A stretch of 63,305 nt of DNA, counting the filler, from Platydemus manokwari (lineage: Eukaryota), in NCBI GenBank assembly GCA_037951405.1. It is 5 parts of 5 records of this genome, joined end to end, with 100 filler letters (N's around TTAATTAATTAA, not from the genome) between each part and the next. Parts side by side here need not be neighbours in the genome. Positions count along the whole stretch, not along the records: positions 48,048 to 63,305 come from JBBMOY011313649.1; 4 more parts are not named here. One strand, given 5' to 3'. Positions 54,169-63,305 of the stretch are shown one piece after another; position 1 is the stretch's first letter, and each line of letters begins with the position of its first letter. The notes beneath the pieces are model-generated. The model was given only the letters and a program-made list of their open reading frames with translations. It had not been told where the DNA came from and ran no database searches. The position numbers and the translations under genes are program-made.

Positions 54169-54375
54169 GCATAACTCATATTATCAATTATTGAAAATGA
54201 TTTTATAAAATAAATAATTTTTTGTTGAAAAAAATATAATTTTCTCGATTGAGTTTTGATGAAAATGAGAAATTTTTGAATATACTGAAAATAATATTTT
54301 TATTGCAAATTGTAATGTAGGGAAAGAATTGCAAGCTATATTTATTACACAGTGTATTTATTTTTACTCTTCAGA

Positions 54376-55350
54376 CAAGGTGACTCACAACGGACCCCTC
54401 AAAACTTCCATTTTAAAAATTTTTCAATTTCAAATTTATTTTCAAAATGTCCGTCATTTTTATTCATGCGACGACGAATTCGCTTCCCAATAATTTTAAA
54501 ATAACAATTCCCCTACACATCTTGTCATCAATGTCATGGAATTCTTCACAGATTATCTTATCAAGTACAACTGTGATTTGAGGATGATTCTGAGACACCA
54601 CTTTCTAAAAATGATCCAAAAGAAAGATATCACATAACAATAAATTTGGTAATCTCTAGGAAAAATGCCAAATTTTCCCGATTACCTGGTGATCAATTCA
54701 ACAATTTGTAAATTATGATTCAAATATTCTATGGCTGATCAGTAGAAATATCTTTGTTTGCTCATCCCCCATAAGCACATTTTAGCATTATAGGGCTTAT
54801 AAAAACACATTTCTGACCATGGAAAGATAATTTTTACTGGTGACAATTGTCTTGATGAAACAAAATACAGTAATTTCTTGTACTGATATACCCAATCAAA
54901 AAATGACACCGAGTTGATTCATGTATTTTGCCTGAAAACAATTTTGGCTTTCATCAGATCAATGATCACGGTTATGATGATTAATTGATCCATTAAGATA
55001 GAGTACGACTTCATCGGTGAAAATTACTTTTTGAATATGTAGAGAATCTTGTTGTAGTAAAGAAACGAAATCTTTGCAGATAAACAGTCTTCGATCAGTG
55101 TTATCCTCGTTAAACCCCTGAAGCTAATAAAGTTATAGCTGTAGAGACACAAATTCATTTTATTAAAATTTTGAAATTCTAAGATTCTTAGATGAATTAG
55201 AAAGTATCACTCATTTCATTCATACCATTTATAGCTGAGCCATAATGGTTGACTTAATTATCATCACGATGTTTGTCGAGTGCTTTTTAGTGGGCATTTC
55301 CAGTTAATTCAGATCTCTCATTTAATATTGAATTTTATAAAAAAATTAAA
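54376..55350 (-). mobile_element. Decayed mariner-like (DD37D/DD41D-type) transposase, related to 15722..16402 (ends approximate)
   Basis: FTDEVVLYLNGSINHHN (first catalytic D); RLPNLLLCDIFLLDHF*KVVSQNHPQ...CEEFHDIDDKMCR; KRIRRRMNKNDGHFE. Confidence 0.8.
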
Positions 55351-57829
55351 ATACAATCTCCCCCTTTGGCATCTTGATATTGTTGAAATTGAAAAGACGC
55401 ACACAAATATAATAATCAATAATAAAATGAATTTGAATTTTAAAATTAGTAGAATTTATTTCGATACAACCAGTTTAAAATAGCTTATAAATTCTTACAG
55501 ATTCTAACAGGTAAAATTTCCAGTGGAACAGCTAGTATATAAATAACTTATTACAAAAAAACATAATTTGGCCATGAAGTTCACTTAATATAAACATTAA
55601 ACAGCACCATTAAAAATTATGATTCTCACGGTCAACTCTAAATGTCCAGTAAATGATAAGTCATTATTTTAAATGATATCAGTCAACGTGATTGAATACA
55701 GATCAACTTTGCTCATATGACCTTATATTTCGAATACATTATCATTAAAACGAAAGGCTCGATAATTGTATCAATCATTGAATGTTTTGATCCAATGATT
55801 GATACATGAATTACATAAACTTCTATCTAAAATTGCGTCTATTAAAACAGATTCACATGAGGTCTGTTTTGAAATGTCATATATTTAATGTAGAAAATAC
55901 GCATCTATCAAATTCAATGTGAAGCCCACCAAATTGTTAGTAATGAGGTTCAATATTTAAGAATAATTGACTTTGGTGGGTGATTTCAATAAAATTCGTG
56001 TAAAAAAAAGTCAAAAGAAATTTAAAAGTAAATTCGTCATCATAATTGATAATAAAATACTGAATATATTTCAACCTTTAATATTAATGTTGTTAGTAGA
56101 TGAGAATTGTTTTAGTTAATAAAAATAGATAAATGAACAACCGATATTAAGCTCAAAATATTTGGTTAGTAATTCTTAGAGTGATATACTTAATATTGGT
56201 CGAGTTGAATAAAATAAAATAGAAATAAACCTATGATGTTTTTGTCATCAGAGATCTTCATAACTTAACAAAATGCTGAAAAAATGTTGACTATTTTTAT
56301 GAGTGTGTCATATTGTAGACGTATCTACTATAAGAAAAAAATAACATCGTTAGCCGACATAGTTTCAACTCAAAATGTAACATTTGATAAGAATGTTCTG
56401 CAATCTTGAGTAAAAAATTTGTAGTCAATTCTTTGATATACGAGCGAACTAAGTTAATTTAAATACTTGATTAATTTCAAATTGCTTGAAAATTCTTTCG
56501 GCGTTTTATATAGTTAACGGATAATTTGTTTCGTTTAATATCAATAAAAATTTGTGTTTGACATTTTTAAATATTACTGTCAAATGTATTCATATTGAAA
56601 TGACCAATGCGATAGTTAAAAGATAATATGTAATTTAAAAAAGACTGCTGATAATCTACAAAATCACAGCTGAAGATACATTAACAATTCTAGTTTATCT
56701 TGAAATAAGTCAATTCAATATCACAATATTCAAGGGCCTTAATGATATTATGAGAATATTATTACTCTATATTAAAGTCCGATAATTCATCTATATTTAA
56801 GAAATATTGTTTAATACGCATCCCAATCAAAATTGCATTGTATTTGTGATTTACTTCAGTTTATTATGTGTTTCACAGTGTGAATCTACATCTTGACAAT
56901 GGCTGAATTACAGCATATATTCCACAGTTGTAATCTATGATTTACCTCTGTAAATCTATGAGTAGAATTCATCATAATTATATATATTCATTCATGTATT
57001 TTAAAACTCGTAACATATAAGCCTGGAAAACATTTAACAATTTGACTAATTCGTAAGGTCAGTCAGCTAATAAATTATTTTGGTTATTGAGATAAAAACA
57101 TAATTGCATAAAGTTGTGTAATAGTTAATATCAAAATTAAATATTAAAAACATTCTTTAAATATTTAGAAAATAAAGGAAAATATTTTCACGATTTCCAT
57201 GGGATAGATGACTGGAAAATATTATCTAAATACAGTAATCATTCTCAAGAACGACAATAACTGCTATCGAAATGTGTCAAATGCGAAATTGTTAATGCTT
57301 TAATTTTTAACGACATAGTGGTCAAAATTGTTGATTCAATAATAATACGAGTTAAGTTTACATGATTATTAAAATAAAATTTCTACCAAATCCATAGTTC
57401 ATATGTTGGAACTGTTGGTAATGAAGTCGTTCTCAAATTTCAAATTTTTGAATAACGACATTCAATTTGGTTTCTTTGTTAATTTGAGAGTCATTTTCAA
57501 ATTGGAAAAATTAATTTTGGTATCTTTAAATAAATTATTTCAGTATTAAATACAAATGAAGAAATGAATTTAACACTTAGTTTAAATCACTGAAGATCGA
57601 CAAATTGATTTTCGTTAAGATTATTTAATCTGAAAAGGAACCAAACAAATTCCAATATTAATAATGATTACGAAAAGACTAATTATTTTCATAAAGGATA
57701 GTCATTTCCAAAAACGTACTACTAGTATTCGTAATAAATTAATTTGATTAAATTAATAAAAGAGTCATTCAAGATAATTTTAATCTAATGATTTCTCGTG
57801 TATTATTTAATCTCAAAATTTATTTATAT

Positions 57830-58335
57830 TGTTGTATAGATCCCAAATTAACCAAAAGGGTCATAGGAACCAAGCAAATAATCGTAAAAAGAGTTGACAT
57901 ACACAGGTTCAATACGCACATGTGCCGTCAACCAAACAGATTTGTTTCAATATTAATCCATATTTAAAAGCTAAGAATAGACAAGCACATACCTAAAAAT
58001 GACAGCAAACACAAATATTCGCCAATAACATAAGATGTGTGAGGAAAATTTCAAGCAGACCTATCTACGAACAGATTCAGAAAATGGAAAAAAAAGACCC
58101 GTGACATCAAGCAGATACACCAATAGGTCTATAAAAAAGGTTGAGTTCCGTGAGTAACTGTCCGTCTTTGTGGTTCCTAAGTTGAGTTCTTAAATTCGTG
58201 TAATTTTCAGTAACCAGTCTGTTTGGTTACTTAAATTCTGTCTTTGACTTTTAGGTGCTAATCCCATTTTATGTGATAAACTGTCGTTGATTATAAAGAG
58301 GCTTAATTATAGTTGTTGTGATTAAGATTGTAACA
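57830..58335 (+). mobile_element. Possible solo LTR
   Basis: TGTT...AACA ends, internal CTATAAAAAAGG TATA box, locally higher GC; no target-site duplication seen. Confidence 0.4.
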
Positions 58336-60701
58336 TTTTGGGTAATATAATTTTCAGTATGATTGTTGATTAATACTCAACAATATTTTGACTTAAAATT
58401 CCATTATAGATGAAAAAGAGTAAAAACAGTTAAATTCTTTTAGAAACAACAACAATCACAATATTAAAGTCAAAGCAATAATTTGAGCATAAATGTCTTG
58501 AATATTCGGATTCACAAAACATGTAGAATGACCCACAATTATATCATAAGTTTGGAAGGCATTTATAACACCTCAAATAAAATCTCAAAGCAACTGATCA
58601 GGCTTCATCCATCATCAAATAAATATAAAGTATTTCATTATTAATTTTTATATTTATCTTGCAATTTTTTTCTTGGATTGTCCTATTTTGAATTCTAACT
58701 AGAAATCAGAAGAAATCAAGAATCAATTTTTTATCACAATAAAGTATTTTAAATATTTAGTTTTATTTTTGAGGATTTTTATCAATTACTGAAAGTTGAT
58801 TTATCTACATGGTTCAGTTAACATTTTATGATGTCGAACCGGACCTAAATAGAATTGCTAAACAAAGTTCCTGTTTTAATCATAAAACTTCTTTATACCT
58901 TTTGATTTTTTTTAATTTAATTTTGTTATTATAAATCGACTTAGCAAACTCCTGACATGTTTAATAATCTAATATTTTTTTTAACAAGATTTAGAGTATC
59001 AATCTCATATCTGAAATTTTCATTAGAAAATTTATAATGAAGTTCCATTTTAGCAGACTTTTTTGAAAATTTTGAAAACAAGTAATCTTTAAAATTGACG
59101 TTATGCGATTCTCAAAATTTCTCTAGCATTCACAAATAAATAACAACTCAGCGAATTTAATCAGTAATTATTTATTTGGCTCATTTTGAGATTTATTTTC
59201 TTTTTTCTAGTTTAGTGACAAATCTAAAATTAGATCAGTGTGATACTATTAGTATTAGCATTTGTATAAAAGCTTAATTATTTTGTAGTCGCAAATAATT
59301 TTATGAACTGCTGAATGTGTATTAATTGTAAATATTCAAAGAAAATACATTTATTAAAATAAATGTTAAAAAGGTATAGGTAGAAAAAATTTAATCAATT
59401 TCCAACATGCCATAAGAGCAGGAGTAATATACGCACAAATTAAAATGATTCTTATTTGTGCGTATATTTTTAAATTTAAGATCACCAAATGATTTCAAGA
59501 AAACGATATGATGTAGTATTAATTTTAATGATAGTGATTCATCTTATACAATTGACAACAGAGATGTTTTGTAAAAACTTGATTAGTCAAAGCTGGAGTC
59601 GAGGCCAATTTACAAAATACATGAAATGTGGACGAGTACTGTAACTATTAAATCTGGCTTCACCATCTCTAACATCATGTTCCTGAGTTTCATCTTAGCG
59701 TTACCAATTGTTTTACCTAGTTTCGTTCATGTTTTGTTAACGTTAAATCACTGAAAATCGTTCATTTTAATAAAAGATGCACTATTACTATTAATAGAAA
59801 TTATATCTAAAGTTATTTTAGTCTACATCTTTGGAAATCATTAATTTTTTTAGTGAAATAAACTTGTATGAAATATAAAAATTATGCATTATTAAAATCC
59901 CTAAATTTTTAATATCTTTGTAAACTGATGTACAATAAATGTTTTACAAAAAGATAGTCAACAATTTCCGTAATTCCAAGAATCCATGATACGTAGTGTT
60001 AGATTAAATAAAATTTTGATAAAATATCATGCAGACATTCAATTATAATTTAAATATCTTTTAAATTTGTCAAGGCATTAAATTTAGAGAAAACCCATAG
60101 CATGACTACGTAAATACATTCAGTAAAAATACAACAACAAATGTTACTTAAATGGTATCTATTTCAAATCAAATGTCAAATAATATAATAATCATTAATA
60201 ATTCATCTACATTCAAGAAAGTGTATTTAATATATTAGTCATGAGATCTAACTATCCATGAAAAATAACAGTACAAATTGAATATAAGGTTAAACATATG
60301 ATAGTAATCAAAAATAAAATTTCAAATGTCAATTAATCCCCTTAATATTAGATCATATAAAATTAAAAATAGCTATTAATTAAATATCAAGAATTCAAAT
60401 TTGAGAAGAATAAGGAAAAATAACTATTCAAATATTATTTTTATCAAATATTGTTTATATAAATCAATATCTATAATCACCATGTAATCTGATGACTAAT
60501 TCTCATTACTTTTAATTTTTTTTAATTAAACAACTGTGATTTTAACATTTATTTTTCTTGATTTTATTTTATGATAAATAATTATTTTAAATTTATAGAG
60601 TTCTCATGTAAATTTTAGATTTAGAAAAATTTCCAAAAAGTAATAAATAATTCATTAAAATATTTATTTATCAAATTCAAATAATCATTTTTATATTTAC
60701 T

Positions 60702-61583
60702 TTATGCTGCAATAATCATACGTATTTTTTCAATACCCATTGAAGCGACATTCCAATGTTCTTCAGCTGTAATGTTTTCAGCATAAAGTTCCTTCATTTG
60801 CTTAATAAGTGCTCCTTTTGGCACATAATAAACAATATTTGTTACATCCGGTCTGAGTACTGTAGCAGCTGCTTTTCTCAGACAATCTGATGTCAATTCA
60901 TCGGTATCACCGAGGAAATCAGAAAACAAAATCGACATACCATGCCAAGAATTATAACAAATCTGTACGACAAATGTGCAGTAAATACCAGTTTCTTCAT
61001 TTGAAATGGATATTAGTCAGCTGATTCCCTTTGAGCGTTTTTTCACATAGAAATGGAATTTATTTTTGCTCTCAATTTCTTCACTATTTTTACACAGCAT
61101 TTTTCTAACTGCATCTTTACCAAAAACTTCATACATCTCCACACCGGAAGAAGGTGCAGAAATGTTTTCAAATCCAAAACTCGCATACATTTTCTCCAAT
61201 CCGAAAATAGATCTTTGAAAAACCAATTTCAAAAATTTGACATTGTTCTCATCTGCAATTCTAAATAAATGATGCATCAATCTTTTGCCCAAACCTTTGC
61301 CACGAAGATCGGGTGATACAAAAAAGTCATCAATATAGTAACCGTAACCGTGCAGAATGGAGTATTCTTCTATATACAAAATGTAACCACATGCTTTTCG
61401 AACATTTTCATTTTCTTCAAATAAAATTAGACATTCGAAGTCATTATTTTTAAATGATTGTAACATAGTTGGTTCGTCCATTAAAAAATATTCCGTCATT
61501 AATCCATGGTATTGGACCAAATTATTGGTGAACCTAAATACCGTGGATATATCATCGATACTCGCTTTGCAAATCGTGTACAT
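60702..61583 (-). CDS. GNAT acetyltransferase, spermidine/spermine (diamine) N-acetyltransferase-like; 188 aa to an in-frame TGA (61017..61019), 293 aa if read through
   Basis: Acetyl-CoA motif A IDDFFVSPDLRGKGLGKRLM, SSAT-like YSILHGYGYYIDDF, and MYASFGF. ORF 60702..60938 is in the same frame and the 26 codons between are stop-free. Confidence 0.8.
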
Positions 61584-63076
61584 ACAACTTGAAAATTATG
61601 ATTTGTAACTTATTAAAACAATGTTAAATATTGATAATTAAAAAATTAATGAATTATTTTAATATATAGTTTTAGTTTGTGTATGTCATAATCATCATTT
61701 CCTTGTAAAAAATTTATCGGCAGATAATAAATAGCCAGTTGATTTCAAGAAAGTGGATTTAATTTTAAAATTTTTCTTAGAACAACTTAGAAAGGTAACT
61801 CTGTAATTGTTCGTGTGTTTAATTTACTTTCCGATTTAATGTTTATTAAAAAACATAACATTTTTATTTTAAGGTAAGTATCATAATGAAATAGATTATT
61901 ATAAATAATTACATAAAATTTAATTTTACGTAACATCTTCAAGATTAAATAGGTTCTCCTCAAACAAAAACATTTATATTTTCCTTAATTTTTGATAGCG
62001 GGTCAGTTAATGAATGAATGAAAATATTTATTTTTTTAGTTGACATTGAACAAATTGTTTTATTTTTGCTAGTTACATCATGCAATAGAAATTTTGTTAT
62101 TGATTAGCGAACAAGGTGTAATAAATTTGTATTTTGTATTCAAACTATTGAATAAAGGAGAAAAATGCTTGGTTCATTTGAAATATGCGAACTTTTTTAA
62201 GATCAACTGTTATGAATATTTAAAAAGTAGTTTTTCTAAGAATCTATATTTTAAATCTAATATAGATTTATGAGTGAAAATGAAATTTATTATAGTTCGT
62301 TAGGGAACTTTAAGGATCCTGTAGTTTCTTCTAATATAAATGTTGAGACTAATCTCATACAAAAATGCTTACCAAATATAAAACCTATTTATATTCAAAT
62401 AATGTGTTCAATAATTAAAAATCACAGTATATAAATATTTACATAATCAAAAATCGAAATCTGTGCTATTTCCCATCGATTCAATCACTATATATTCAAA
62501 CTATCAATCTTCGATAATGATTTAGAAAAAAATCATTCAAAAATCAATCGTTTATTAACTAATTAACTGATTTTTATTACACTGGTTTGATGTTTATTAT
62601 TATGATTGAATATAATAGAATCGAGTAAAAAATTTGTAATTAATTATAAACATAAACAAATAAAGAAAATTAATGTATTAATGGCTTTAAGAGAATTTCA
62701 ATGGTAAGCGTATTTAAATACCCGTGACTATATGGACTATTAACTATGGACTAGTAACATAAAAAATAGAATGGAATTTATTATAAATCTAGTTTTCAGA
62801 CAATTCTAATAAAAAGAGGAAGTCTGCAAGACAACAGGCTAACACAAATGACACGTTTATTAAATAAGTTGATTCTCGGTCATTTCATATGACGCTTCTA
62901 ACCCAAGCCCACCCCAAATTCTCGGTTCACTCGAATTTGTTGTGAACTTGAGTTAGAAGGGTCATATTACCACCACTCTATGGATAAGAAAATTGGTTGA
63001 TGGTAAAATGTAGAATTAAAAATAATAAAAAAAATAAAATAAAAAGCAATTTCTAATTAAAAAATATTCATTATAA

Positions 63077-63305
63077 ATGAACGAACCAAATTTGGAATTT
63101 CACTGTGAAGTATGTAATAAATATTTTGTAAATAAAACAGGATTAATATCTCATGAAAAATCTAACAAACATAAAGCATTATATAATGCATCTATTAATA
63201 ACAATGAAATAACTTTACATGATAATACATGTGATATTATTAAATTTGTTAAATTCATTAAACATTCTCCAGAAAATAAAAATATAATTTCATATATTTC
63301 AGAAT
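63077..63305 (+). CDS. C2H2 (JAZ/U1-like spacing) zinc-finger ORF, 3'-truncated by window end
   Basis: MNEPNLEFHCEVCNKYFVNKTGLISHEKSNKHKALY...; C-x2-C-x12-H-x5-H; frame open for 76 codons to the window end. Confidence 0.7.
   Translation, partial: MNEPNLEFHCEVCNKYFVNKTGLISHEKSNKHKALYNASINNNEITLHDNTCDIIKFVKFIKHSPENKNIISYISE

Noticed and set aside
59900-60700. SECIS element downstream of the GNAT UGA
   Set aside because: No convincing ATGA...AA...GA stem-loop by eye; needs SECISearch before selenocysteine can be claimed.
49838-61583. PDX1 and SSAT-like GNAT as a functional PLP/polyamine gene cluster
   Set aside because: Convergent genes 6.5 kb apart with transposon debris between; no PDX2 nearby and no synteny evidence available.
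1-63305. CRISPR arrays, tRNA/rRNA genes, bacterial operons
   Set aside because: None seen; the sequence is eukaryotic with spliceosomal introns.

Overview
Very AT-rich, transposon-littered eukaryotic scaffold, most likely from an invertebrate animal: VPS54 is metazoan-like, introns are GT-AG and as short as 40-48 nt, and (AAT)n microsatellites are abundant. A flatworm/planarian source is a guess from composition only. The window is five contigs joined by identical 100-nt N44-TTAATTAATTAA-N44 linkers. Host genes reconstructed by hand: (1) a 5'-truncated multi-exon VPS54 (GARP subunit) on +, about 37.9-43.9 kb; (2) a complete 7-exon, 298-aa PDX1/SNZ (PLP synthase subunit, de novo vitamin B6 synthesis) on +, 49838-54168, a gene most animals lack; (3) an SSAT-like GNAT acetyltransferase on -, 60702-61583, whose two listed ORFs are one reading frame split by a single in-frame TGA in a UGA-CUA readthrough context; (4) a C2H2 zinc-finger ORF running off the right end, missed by the ORF track. 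The rest is decayed Ty3/gypsy, RLE- and RTE-type non-LTR, mariner-like and pogo-type MITE sequence, candidate LTRs, and several GC-rich hairpin motifs. Most ORF-track entries are spurious.
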